Shown here one piece after another: positions 51,551 to 64,000 of a stretch of DNA of 64,000 nucleotides (positions within the stretch are counted from its first letter, which is position 1; every line of letters starts with the position of its first letter). The notes beneath the pieces were generated by a model that saw only the letters and a program-made list of their open reading frames with translations, was not told the origin of the DNA and did not search any database. The position numbers and the translations under genes are program-made. The stretch comes from Azolla caroliniana (Eukaryota; Plantae; Polypodiophyta). The stretch covers positions 13,392,001 to 13,456,000 of the forward strand of contig JBHGNT010000008.1 in assembly GCA_043228905.1 (NCBI GenBank), read 5' to 3'.

Positions 51551-54500
51551 AGTTGAAATTATATTTCTATCATCATACTTTTACATGTAAATTCTTATGC
51601 ATGAGAGCTAAAATGAGTAACATGGTTATCATGCACCACATGTAAATATACGAGCACCAAATGGCAAACATGCATCATATGCATGGGGGCATCTATAAAA
51701 GGATGGATGAAAATGTATTATGGATCCATGTAGGAACTAAGAATTAATGAGAAGAAAATTCATTGATGATATATCTTGCTTCTTAAATCAAGAGTTAAAA
51801 TCTTAATCTCAATATCTCTCTCTTGGCCATATCAATCTTTATCAATCTAAGTCAAGCATTTAATCTTAATCTCTTTCTCTCTCTCAATCTATCCTAAATA
51901 CTTTCTCGCTAAGGTTGGTGTGAACTTTGATCCTTCTGGTCCAAAACCCCGGCGGTTCCGCCTCGCGATCCACGCCTAGTGATGGATCTTCACGACAACG
52001 TAATGATGCGCCATGTACTCATTATACCCGTACCACGTAACAGGGTTCTTCAAGCGGGAAGACCGGCATAACTTGGTATTACCCGGTTGAGGGCCCTTCT
52101 TGGCTAGGTCGGACTTCGTTCCCGAAGATCCACCTTCATCCTTTCTGGAGTAGGATTCGCTCCGATCCGACTCAACGTTGCCAGTTTCGTATTCCGGCAT
52201 CTTCTTCTTCCCCTTCTCTTTGCACGCGAACCATCTCCTCGGTTCCTTGCGTGGGTAGAGCACATCAGAGTCTCCACTACTCGACGGTTCCTCATCTGAC
52301 TAGTCATCCTGACTCAACCGCTCATTCGGTCCACTTAGTCGGAATGAGATCAGACTCTCTTCTAGAGTGTCGAAGTATTCATGTTCTACCTGGACCTCTT
52401 CGGGCTCACTAGCCTCATTGTTCAGAATCAGGTCTTCGTCGGGAGTTGGAGTCGGTAAGGAGTACCATGATGCCATCTTATCAAACTCGACATCTCGACT
52501 TACTCGGACCTGTTATAGCACTTATACCCCTTTTGCTCATGCGAGTAACCGACTAGAATGCACTTTTCCGACTTCGGATCCAACTTCCTCTGCTTCTCAT
52601 CCGGTACATGCACCTATGTTGTGCTACCGAATATCCGAAGGTGTCTCAAATTCGGCTTTCGCCCAAAATACAACTCATGTGCTGACACCTTGTCATCGAT
52701 CCGATTTTGGATGTAGATGGCCGTCCGGACCGCCTCGGCCCAATAGAAATGGGGCATGCTCTTCTCCTCCAGCATTGCCCTTGCCGCGTCGACATCGACC
52801 GGTTCTTCCTTTCAGCCGCACCGTTTTGCTTCGGTGTGTACCTGCAGCTGAATTCTCTCTTAATTCCATTCTACTACAGATAAATGTTGAATTGGCTGGA
52901 AAAGTATTCTTTCCCGCCATCTAACCGCAGGCACTTGATCTTCCTCTCTGTTTCCCGTTCAACCAAGCTTTGAAGGTTCCAGTAACACTCGAAGACTTTG
53001 CTCTTCCTCTCGATGAGGTACATCCACATGTGCCGGTTGTAATCATCGATGAAGGAGACGAAATACCGACTGTGCCAATCCCCATACATCCGAATGGATT
53101 AAATCAAGCTTGTTATGGGTCCAGTTTCAATCAGTGGGGAATGGAAGCCGGTGTTGCTTCCCAAGTTGGCAGGCTTCACAAATTTCGCCCTTCTGGCCGC
53201 TAAATTTCGGCAAACTGAAAACGACTTGTTTCGATTGCAGGTCTTGAAGCCTCCGATAATTGACGTGGTCGATCCGCTTGTGCCACAGATTGATGTCCGA
53301 TTCGACCTTTTGCCCTTTTGCAAACATAGCAGTGCCGACATCATTAGTGTTGAGGATGAACATCCTCCCTTCCGTACACCCTTACGTGGTTTTCTTCGAC
53401 CATCAACATAGATTGCAAGTCCAAGAAGGACGGTGGTTTCTCCTGGGTGTAGATCGGTATCCGGATTGGCCCGTACCTTTGCGCTAGACCACCAACGCAG
53501 ATTTGTACCATCTCGTCTTCGTCCACCGTCACGTTGATGGACCCGAGTGGGTTGCAAATCTCCTTTATCTTGGTGGTGTAGTCTGTAACTGACATGTCTC
53601 TTTGTCAGATGTTGTTCAGCTCTTGCCAGAGTTGCAGCTTACGAGCTATGGTACTTGCGGCGAAAATCTTCCATAGATTTTCTCAGGCCTCGTTCGGCGT
53701 CTTTGCATCCTTGATGTAGCTGAGCATTTGATCATGCACACTGGACGAGAGACAGTACAGTACCCGACTCGCTCCTTGCTTCCATACCGGGAAGTCTTTG
53801 TGTGACGGCTCTCGTGCTACTTCATTTGTTCCTTCCATGAAGCTCCAATATCCATGCCCCAGCAGGTACTGGTGCATTTTATATGACTAGGACGCATAGT
53901 TGCTCCGGTCGAGCTTCTCTGTTGGAATTGAACTCGCCATTCCTCTGTCCATATCTTCTCTCTATTTGTTGTTAATGGGTTCTAGGGTTCATCTACGGAA
54001 GCAAATGTCGGTTGTAGAGGTTCTCAACCCTCGGGCTCTGATACCATGTGAATGTTAATGTGCAGAAACGTCAGATAGAACCGGCTCAGCCAGATAGCAA
54101 CAGAAAACTAAATGAAGGTTTAATGGAAAAGCTTAAAACACATAGGAGATAGAGAGAGTAGAACATAAAACTATATTAAAAAATTAACTCTAAAAACTCT
54201 GTACATACAACGTGCTAAACAACACTATTTATACAAGTCCATAAAGGACTGACAGAAGTATTGACAGGTACTTCAATGCTCACACGTGCGACTGACACTA
54301 ACTACGAGACAATGATTACCTAGTAGTCCAGGCTACTATTAGGCTTCAGGTTCCCGCTCGAATCCGGCTCTCTAATCCGACTCCCCGATCCAGCCGGTTG
54401 TTTCCAAATACCATCCAAATACCGATCTGGCTCATCCCTCTAGATGCCAATCCGGCTGAGGCTTATTCAGCCGATCCGGATCCGATTGAGCTTGCTTGCT

Positions 54501-56208
54501 CAACAGATACCAAGATGGCTCTAGTATGGCAAAGCATCTAAACACATTTCAAGGACTTATAAGTCAAACAATCACTCTAGATATACCTCTAGCAAATAAG
54601 GTGTTGGCTTTGTTATTGTTAGGGGCTCTCCCAGATAGTTGGGAAACCCTTGTTATGACGTTTGGGACTGTAAAACAACAAAAGGAGCTAACATTGGGCA
54701 TGCTTAAGCCGAGTCTTCTGCATGAAGAAGCACGATGAAAGGAGCATGAGTCCAACTTTCACCAAAAACCCTTAGTCATAGAAAACAAATCCTTTAGAGG
54801 ATGAATCCATGCTTGGGGTCCACAAAATCACAGAAATAATTCCAAGGGGAGGTCTAAATCTAGAAGTAGAAAAGACTTCAAGAAAGATTTTTCATGTCGT
54901 TATTGTGGTGGTCTAAATCATTATGAGAGAGACTATTGGAAGAAAAAGAAAGGAATCACCAACAATAAGAGCAGTGACCCCACTACATCCACTTGTGATA
55001 GTGACATTGTCATTGCCTATGATGATGCGTGTGTTATCTTAGCATGCCAACAAACTTATTGGATTATTGACTCGGGAGCCTCGTATCACATTACTCCATA
55101 TAGGGAGGTGTTCACATCATATGCCGGTGGTGACTTTGGCAAAGTTAAAATGGCTAACCACGACATAACAGAGGTTTTTGGCAGAGGAAATGTAATTCTA
55201 ACCACAGACATGAGTTGCAAACTAGTATTAAACAATGTTAGGCATGTACCAAACATTCGGCTAAATATTATTTCGGCCGGTAAACTTGATGATGAGGGTT
55301 ACAAAAATTCCTTGAAGGAAAATGGAAGCTCATCAAAGGCTCGCTAGTATTATCAAGATGCCTAAAACAGAATTCCCTCTATGTAATGCATGCTATGATG
55401 TCCGGTGGAGAGGTGAATGTAGCCGATAAGGAAGTCCCTATTGAATTGTGGCATAGGAGACTTGGGCACATGAGTCAAAAAGGACTCGAGGTGCTTGGCC
55501 AACAGATAACATAGAGTCGATTTTCAGCATTTGTCCCCAAAAAGAAAATCTCAGCCACTAGAATTGGTGCACATTGACTTGTGCTATATGAAAGATAAGA
55601 CTCTAGGGAGGGCATTGTACTTTGTCACATTTATTGATGACTTCTCAAGGAAATTATGGTGTTTTGCATTGAGGACTAAAGATCAAGTCTATGAGATCTT
55701 TAAAAACTTCCATGTAAGTGTGGAAAGGGAAACTGGGAGAAAACTTAAATGCATCCGTGCGGATAACGGGGTGAGTACCAAGGAGAATTTGAACAATATT
55801 GTCGTGAGCATGGGATTAGGCTTGAGAGGAGTGTTCCCAAAACACCTCAGCACAATGGCGTGGCTGAGAGGATGAACAGGACAATTTGTGAGCGGGTAAG
55901 ATGCATGCTATCCCACTCAAAATTGCCAAAATCTTTTTGGGGTGAAGCAATGAGGACTGTCGTTGACCTCGTAAATCTGTCCCCATTAGTCCCTTTGGAT
56001 GGTGATGTACCTGAGAGGGTGTGGATAGCTAAGGAGGTGTCATACAAACACTTAAGAGTGTTTGGTTGCAAGGCTTATGTCCACATCCAAAAGATGAAAG
56101 ATCCAAGCTTGATGAAAAATGCAAGCCATGCATATTTTTAGGATATGGCCATGAGGAATTCAGCTCTAGACTTTATGACCCAATGGCGAAGAAGGTCATT
56201 AGAAGTAG

Positions 56209-59200
56209 TGTGAAAGATTGCTTGCGGAAGCGTTAGAAAGAACAATACACAAAGAGAGAGAGAGAGAGAGAGAGAGCAAAACACACTATTTTTCAAGATT
56301 ATATGAATACTCTATGCTCTATATTTAGAACGCGCTCATCAGCGCTATTTATACAAGTCCACACGGGTCTGTTAGAAGTACGGTGTACTTCAATGCTCAC
56401 ACGAGTGTCTGACACTAACTACGAGACTATAACTGCCTAGTAGTCTAACCTATACTAGGTTTCCGGTTATGGATTGGATCCGGCATATCGGCTCCTCTTG
56501 CTTACCGGTCCTTACTGCTTACCGGCTCGGTTGCTCACCGGCATACCAATTCCTCTCGCTTACCGGCTCAGGCTTATTCAGCCGATCTGGCTCCGGTTGA
56601 GCTTGCCGCTCAACACTCCCCCTCAAGCTCAACCTGAGGTAGGGTCGTAGTGTCAACCTCTCTGGCAGCCGGTTCTTCCAACCGACTTCTCCTGGCATTG
56701 CTTCACCTTGCTCGCGCTCCTTGTCCGATTCGGTTCCGTTTGCCGCGACCCCTTTGGTTCTGTGCGCCTCGACCTTCGGCATGTCTGCTCAATAGGCCCA
56801 TCTTAGCTCATTCGCTGCTATGACTCTGGCGCTTGCCGATCCGTCGGTTCCACCACGATGGCATCGACTTCCGTTGCGTCTGTGTCTCCTTGGCGTTTCG
56901 TTGATCCAACTCATCCGGATCTGTCTGTTGATCCGAATCGGTTGTCTCCGACTCGTTCCAGCTCTTGTCTGAATCGGTATCCTCCGATTCGATTTTCGGC
57001 TTCAGGCCTCTCACCACATCGGACCACGTTCGGGTCTTGGCCTTCTCCGTGCTTCCCTTGGCTTCTTCAACCGGTTCACCGACTTGTTCGGATGTGCCGA
57101 CTTCCTTCGTCGACTTGGCTTCATTTTTCTTCTTGTCTCCACCTCTACCGGGGCTTCTCTTACCTACGGGTTCAACAATTTTGCCTTTGCCCGTTTCGGT
57201 GGTGTCTTTGCCCTTGCGTCTCCCCCTCAAGTGCGGCACGTCGAAATGCTGAACACCAAGCATTTCGGTAAAGTGCTGCAACTTGTCCGACCCGAGCGGC
57301 TTGGTGAAGATGTCGGCAACTTGTCGATCCGTGTGAACATACCATAGTTCAACTTCACCGCTCAGGACCCGCTCATGCACGAAGTGATAATGCACTTCTA
57401 TGTGCTTTGTGCGAGCATGGAACACAGGGTTCTTGGCCAGCTGCATGTTGCTGAGGTTATCGCAGTAGATCAGGATTGGGGTTGGTACCTCGATCCGCAG
57501 GTCTTGCAGTAGTCGCCGAAGCCAAATGGCTTCGCAGGTGGCAACGGTCGCGCCCCAGTATTTAGCCTCAGTGCTGGATAGAGCCACTGTTGGTGGCTTT
57601 TTGCTGCTCCACGCAACAGCCGCGCTCCCAAGAGAAAACATAAAGCCGGAAGTTGCGCGACGATCCGTTGCATCGCGAGCCCAATCGGCATCCGTGTAGC
57701 GGACAAGCTCTTTGGTTATACCTTGCCGGTATAAGAGCCCTCGGTCCTTAGTGCCGCTTACATACCTCAGTATTCGTTGCGCGCACTGAAGGTGCTCCAC
57801 GGTCGGCTTCTGCATGAATTGGCTTACCTCTCCGACCGGATAGCTAATGTCAAGTCGGGTGATGGTCAAGTAGATCAAGCTTCCGACTATTTGTCGGAAC
57901 CGTTTCTCATCGCAGGTTGGTCCGGAGTTGGGGCGGATCTTCTGATTCCGGTCTAGGGGTGTGGAGACAGGTTTGCATTCCGTCATGCCGAACTTGTACA
58001 ACATATTCAACACATAATGGCATTGAGAAAGCAATATGCCATCGGGGGTGCAGATCACCTTGATCCCCAAAAAATAATAAAGGTCCCCCAAGTCCTTCAT
58101 ATCGAATGCGTTTGACAACTGGGACTTGACGTGGTTGATTTCCGGAAGACTTGGGCCGGTGATGACTAAATCATCAACATAGAGTAAGATACATACCGGA
58201 CCGTTTGAGCCTTGACAGATGAACAGGGAAGAGTCCGACTTAGAGGCAACAAACCCCATCTTTCGAAACCGGTGCGTGATCTTAGCAATCCAAGCATGGG
58301 GGGCTTACTTCAAGCCGTACAAGGACTTCCTCAGCCGGCATACCGCCGACTTGTTCATCTCTGACTGAAATCCGGGGGGCTGAGTCATAAAGACTTCTTC
58401 TTCAAGATCTCCTTGAAGGAAGGCATTCTTCAGATCCATCTGATGAAGATGCCACCCCCTTGCCGCAGCAACTGCCAGTACCACACGAACCGTCGTCATC
58501 TTCGCTACAGGAGCGAAGGTCTCGTCGTAGTCGATTCCGTGGGTCTACGCATATCCCTGCGCCACTAACCGGGCCTTCGTACCGGTTAACTGTACCGTCG
58601 GCATTGTACTTTACCTTGTACACCCACTTGCATCCGATCGGTTTACTGTGACCGGGAGGGTCAACCAGGTCCCAAGTTCCGTTCGCATCCGTGCCCGCAT
58701 TTCATCCTCCATAGCGGCATGCCAATTTGCGTCCTTTGCCGCTTCTGCGTAGCTCTCCGGCTCACGCACTTCCGCCACCTTGGTCATGTACGCATAATGA
58801 TGCGCCATGTACTCGTTATACCCATACCGTTTAACGGGATCCTTTTGGCGGGTGGACCGGCGTAACTCAACGTTACCCGGTATGAGGCCCTTCTTGGCCG
58901 GTTCAGTCTTCGTTCCCAAAGATCTGCCTATGTCCTTGCCGAAGTCAGATACGCACCGATCCGACTCATCATTGCCGGTCTCGAATTCCGGCATCTTTTG
59001 CTTCCCTTTCTCTTTGCGTGTGAACCGTCTCCTCGGTTCCTTGCGCGGGGAGAGCACGACAGAGTCTCCATTACTCGCCGTCTCATCATCCGACTAGTTG
59101 GACTGATCCAGTCTCTCATTCGGTCCGCTTAACCGAAATGATTCCGGACTCTCATCTTGAGTCCCGGCTTCATCTTTCGCTACCTGGGCCGGTTCGGGCT

Positions 59201-61634
59201 CACTAGCCCCATCCTCCGACATTGGGTCGGGATCGGAAGTCGAAGTCGGTAAGGAATACCACGATGCCGATTCATCAAACTCGACATCTTGGTTGACTCG
59301 GACCTGCTTCGTCTGGGGGTTATAACACTTATACCCCTTTTGCTCTTGAGCATAGCCGACTAGGATGCATTTTTCCGATTTTGCATCCAGCTTCCTCCAC
59401 TTCTCATCCTGCACATGTACATAGGCTATGCTGCCGAATATCCGGAGGTGTCTCAAATTCGGCTTGTGCCTGAAATACAGTTGGTGAGCTGACACCTTGT
59501 CCCCGATCCGGTTCTGGATGTAAACGACCGTTTGGACCGCCTCCGTCTAGTAGAACTTGGGCATGCTCTTTTCCTCCAGCATTGCCCTAGCCGCGTCAAT
59601 CAGCGACCGATTCTTCCTTTCGGCCACACCGTTCTGTTGCGGTGTGTATCTGCAGCTGAATTCTCGCCGAATTCCTTTTTGTTGCAGATAGCTGTTGAAT
59701 TGGCCAGAAAAAGTACTCTTTTCCGCCTTCCGACCGTAGGCATTTGATCTTCCTCTCCGATTCCCGTTCCACCATCTTCTGGAGGCTCCAGAAACACTCG
59801 AAGACTTCACTCTTCTGGAGGATCCACATATGCCGCGTGTAGTCGTCGATGAAGGAGACGAAATATCGATTCCCGCCAATGCTAACATTTTGTGTTGGTC
59901 CCCACACATCCGAATGGATAAGATCGAGCTTGTTACGGCTTCGATTTCTTTCGATGGGGAATGGAAGCCAGTGTTGCTTCCCGAGATGGCAGGCTTCACA
60001 AATCTGGGCTCTCCGGCCGCTAAACTTCGGCAAACCGAAAACAACTTGTTTCGTTTGGAGGTCTTGAAGCCTCCGGTAGTTGACGTGGCCGATCCGTTTG
60101 TGCCACAGGTCGATATCTGACTCGACCTTTTGTCCTTTGGCGAACAGTGCGGTGCCGACATCATTGGTGTTGAGGATAAACATCCTCCCATCTCTGCGCC
60201 CTTGCGCAATAACTTCGCCTTCATCCTCAATGAAGCACCCGAGGTGCGTAAACCGCACCTGCATCCCCTGGTCGACGATCTGTCCGACCGACACCAGGTT
60301 CTTCGTGATCGTCGGAACATGTAATACATTCATCAGCTTCCCCCTCTGTCCGACGTGGCTCAAAGGGACTTCTCTGACATGCACGATCGGGTGGGGAATG
60401 TCATCTTCGGTTTCGACAACTCCCAGTTGATCCGGCTTCTCCAAAAAGGAGAACCACTCACCGTGACTCGTCATGTGGTTCGATGCGCCGGAGTCAACGT
60501 ACCACACTTCCTTCGATTTGGAAATGGTCTTCTTCATTGAGTTTGCCTTGTGCTTCATCACCAAGACTGGCCCCTTACCGTTCTTGGATCCTCCCGATCC
60601 GTATGCATAGTGTGAGCTTTGTCGGCCTTCCTTACCGGTCTTGCCGAATCCGGATTTGTCCGAATCGGCACGCTTTCTCCAACACTCACTTTCCCTGTGG
60701 CCCTTTTTGCCACAGTACCAGCATTCCATAGCGGGTTTGTCTTGCCGGCCTCCGATACCACCTTGACTCCCCCTACTTGTGGAAGTCTCGGAACTGCTGT
60801 CGGCACGCTCACTGTGCCTTCGTTCCTATTCTTGCCGGCCGCCTCCATTGCGTGCCGGCCTGCCTCATCCACCATGCCCACGGGACCGATCCGCTCCTGT
60901 GGCGTGGTTCTCCTCTACATGGAGCATCGACTGTAAGTCGAAAAATGAGGGCGTATTCTCCCTTGCACAAACCGCAGTCCGAAAAGCTCCGAACTTGGAT
61001 GCCAGGCCTCCAAGACAGACCTGCACCATCTCGTCTTCCTCTACGGTCACGTTAATAGAGGCAAGCGAGTAATAGATCCCTTTGATCCGGTCTGTGTAAT
61101 CTGCCACCGACATGTTCTTCTGTCGAACATTGCTCAACTCCTGTCTGAGTTGCAGCTTCCGGGCAGTGGTGCTTGCGGCGAAGACCTTTTTCAAGTTTCC
61201 CCAAGCATCCTTTGGTGTCTTGGCGTCACGGATATGGCTGAGCAGCTGGTCACCGACACTGGACACGAAGCAGTACATCACCCTGCTTGCCGCCTGTTCC
61301 CACACTGGGAAGTCCTTGTGTGTCGTCTCCGGTGCTAAGTCGTTCACTCCGTCGATATAACTCCAATAGCCATGCCCAAGCAGGTACTGGTGCATCTTGT
61401 ATGACCAAGATGCGTAGTTGGTTCTGTCGAGCTTCTCCACCGAGAGCGACGTAGCCATCCCTCTGTCCATTTCTCCTTTTGTGTCTGTTTTCCGATCTGT
61501 TAGGGTTTCCTTCACAAGCGTAGATGTCTACAGCAGAGGTTCTCAACCCACGCGCTCTGATACCATGTGAAAGATTGCTTGCGGAAGCGTTAGAAAGAAA
61601 AATACACAGAGAGAGAGAGAGAGAGAGAGTACGC

Positions 61635-61670
<36 letters not shown>

Positions 61671-62008
61671 AAAACACACTATTTTTCAAGATTATATGAA
61701 TACTCTATGCTCTATATTTACAACGCGCTCATCAACGCTATTTATACAAGTCCACACGGGACTGTTAGAAGTACGGTGTACTTCAATGCTCACACGAGCG
61801 TCTGACACTAACTACGAGACTATAACTGCCTAGTAGTCTAACCTATACTAGGCTTCCAGTTACGGATTGGATCCGGCATATCGGCTCTTCTTGCTTACCA
61901 GTCCTTACTGCTTACCGGCTCGGTTGCTCACCGGCATACCGATTCCTCTCGCTTACCGGCTCAAGCTTATTCAGCTGATCCGGCTCCGGTTGAGCTTGCC
62001 GCTCAACA
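56209..62008 (-). mobile_element. Ty1/copia element G, full length and relatively young, related to F
   Basis: LTRs 61566-62008 and 56209-56615. TSD agtag (56204-56208/62009-62013). Met PBS adjacent to 61566. gag, CCHC, PR (YVDSGAS), INT, RT (YVDD) and RH are present with a few frameshifts. Confidence 0.95.
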
Positions 62009-64000
62009 AGTAGGGATGTGGTATTCCTTGAGGATCAAACCGCAAGATCCGGAGCCGAAGGAGATGCCAAAGATTACCTCTGATCCTACGGTCACCAACA
62101 ATCCAACTCCTGCCTAGGACATACAAGGTCAAGGGGGAGACGTAGAGGGCTATCAGGATACAGTTGATGATGCAGTTGATGATGCAGTTGATGATGATCT
62201 TGATGAGGATAATGAACAAGATCATCAGACCCTAGGGGACCAAACTGATGATGTTTTAGCAGCTCCATCGGAACTGGAAAGGGTGAGAAGGTCTATAAGA
62301 CAAAGATGACCTTCAACCAGATACAATCCACATGAGTATGTATTGCTTACACATGGAGCAAAGCCACAGAGCTTTCGGAAAGCTATGGCACATGACCATG
62401 AGGAAAAATCGCTTGAGGCCATGAATGATGAGATGGGGTCTTTGCAAGACAATCATAGCTATGATCTTGTAAAGTTGTCTAAGGGAAAGAGAGCGCTCTA
62501 AAATAAATGGGTTTTCAGGCTCAAAGCCGAGGAACATTGCCCAGAACCAAGATACAAGGCAAGATTGGTTGTGAAGGGGTTCAACCAGAAAAAGGGTGTT
62601 GGTTTCGAGGATATCTTCTCACCAGTAGTAAAGATGTCCTCCTCGGGATTGCAGCCAGTCTCAATCTAGAAATCGAACAACTCAATGTAAAAACTACCTT
62701 CCTTCACGGTGTCGTACCTTTCGGCGCCGAATCGGGCTAAAACAAGCTCCCAGGCTCTGGTATAGAAAGTTTCACTTCTGCATACTAAGCCATGGGTATA
62801 ACATGACAAACACAGATCACTATGTGTTTTTTAAGAAGTTCTAAGAACATGACTTTGTTATTCTACTTCTATATGTAGATGATATGTTGATTGTTGGTCG
62901 AGACACAAACACGATTGAAAAGTGGAAAAGAGAGTTGAATCAATCTTTTGCTATGAAAGACTTGGGGCCAGCCAAGCAAATCCTTGGGATGAAGATAACC
63001 AGGGATAGAGTGAGCAAAAGGTTGTGGCTATCTCAAGAACAATATATTGAGAAAGTTCTTGAGAGATTTAACATGGCCAAGTGTAAGACGGTTAACACTC
63101 CACTCGCAGGCCACTTTAAACTCAGTTCAGCTCAATACCCCACAAATGAGGAAGAGCAAGAGAGAATGAAACAAATACCATATGCATTTGTAGTCTGCAG
63201 TTTAATGTATGCTATGGTATGCACGAGGTCGGACATCACTCATGCAGTCAGTGTAGTGAGCCGTTTTCTCTCGAACCCTGGCAAAGATCATTGGGAAGCG
63301 GTTAAATGGATTCTGAGATATTTGAGAGGTACCATAAGAGTTTGTCTAAAATTTGATGAAAACCAAACTATATTAGATGGGTATAGAAATGCAGATATAG
63401 CTAGTAATATGGACACCAGAAAATCTACATCAGGGTACCTAATGATCTTTGGAGGGGGAGTGGTCTCTTGGAAGTTGAGACTGCCAAAATGTGTGCCAAC
63501 ACTGTCCACAATGGAGGCTGAATATATTGCTGCCACAAAAGCTAGTAAGAAATTGCTATGGCTAAAGAAATTCCTACAAGAGTTGGGGCTGACTCAAGAA
63601 AGATACATTCTGTATTGTGACAGCCAAAGTGTTATACATTTAAACAAGAATTCTTCCTTCGATTTTATGTCAAAACACATAGATGTTAGATACCATTGGA
63701 TTAGAGATGTGCTTGAAGAAAAGCAGATGCACATTGAAAAGATTCACACAAATGATAATGGCTCCAACATGATGAAAAAATGTTTGTCAAGGGAGAAGCT
63801 TGAAGTTTGCAAACAAAAGGCAAACCTAGTTGCCCCCCCCACTTGAGATGGAGGGGGAGAATTGTTGGGTCTACCCACTCAAGTGGAGCCCACGACATGG
63901 AGTCGGCTGACAGCCGACTGTTGACTTAGTGCTGAAGCAACTCAACCTCGGCTAAAAAGTAAAATCATTATAATTATTTTTAACTATATATATATATATA

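Larger units (their letters stand above)
41440..51997 (+). mobile_element. Non-autonomous gag-only LTR element I (tRNA-Trp PBS), with 5' LTR truncated
   Basis: 3' LTR 50999-51997 (TGTCGTGAAG...CTTCACGACA). 5' LTR about 41440-42143. PBS tggtgaacccgacgtgaa 42152-42169. PPT ggtgggggtgga. gag from 42216, resuming at 48872-50374. No pol motifs. Confidence 0.88.
33617..54505 (-). mobile_element. Ty1/copia element F (decayed), hosting three further LTR elements
   Basis: LTRs 54047-54505 and 33617-34061. TSD gatac (33612-33616/54506-54510). Met PBS 54035-54046. PPT after 34061. Confidence 0.93.
32718..64000 (+). mobile_element. Ty1/copia element E, interrupted by F and G; its 3' LTR starts at 63863 and runs off the window
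   Basis: Partial 5' LTR 32718-33234. Met PBS tggtatcagag 33240-33250. gag 33284-33616, resuming at 54506. PR/INT 55108-56208. RT/RH 62009-63846. PPT gagggggaga. Confidence 0.88.

Noticed and set aside
48871-51997. 3.1-kb LTR starting TGTCGT at 48871
   Set aside because: That sequence is gag coding (DR|VVELEG) resuming after J. The real LTR begins after the PPT, at 50999.

Overview
Plant heterochromatin made almost entirely of nested transposons; no ordinary host gene was found. A non-seed land plant such as a fern, lycophyte or bryophyte is inferred from the element types. Left nest, five levels deep, each junction backed by a target-site duplication (TSD): copia A (-) contains copia C (+, 1458-28204), which contains copia B (-, 1718-23136), which contains a 16.3-kb Sola2-like DNA transposon (2354-18699), which contains an RTE-X-like LINE with an intact 1247-aa ORF2. 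The Sola2-like element carries an intron-containing DDD transposase and a convergent multi-exon RING-H2 accessory gene. The largest intron of each gene is filled with (T)AGTACT(A)-rich tandem repeats of 147 bp and 52 bp. Right nest: copia D lies in the LTR of copia E. E is interrupted by copia F and copia G. F contains a self-priming Tcn1-like chromovirus and a pair of nested, tRNA-Trp-primed, gag-only LTR elements with a 4 x 410-bp junction array. The best candidates for novelty are the two-gene Sola2 with motif arrays (a possible anti-silencing system), tRNA-derived Pol III cassettes inside two unrelated LTRs, and a UGA-CGG readthrough-type ORF1/ORF2 junction in the LINE. All analysis was by eye and no database searches were run.
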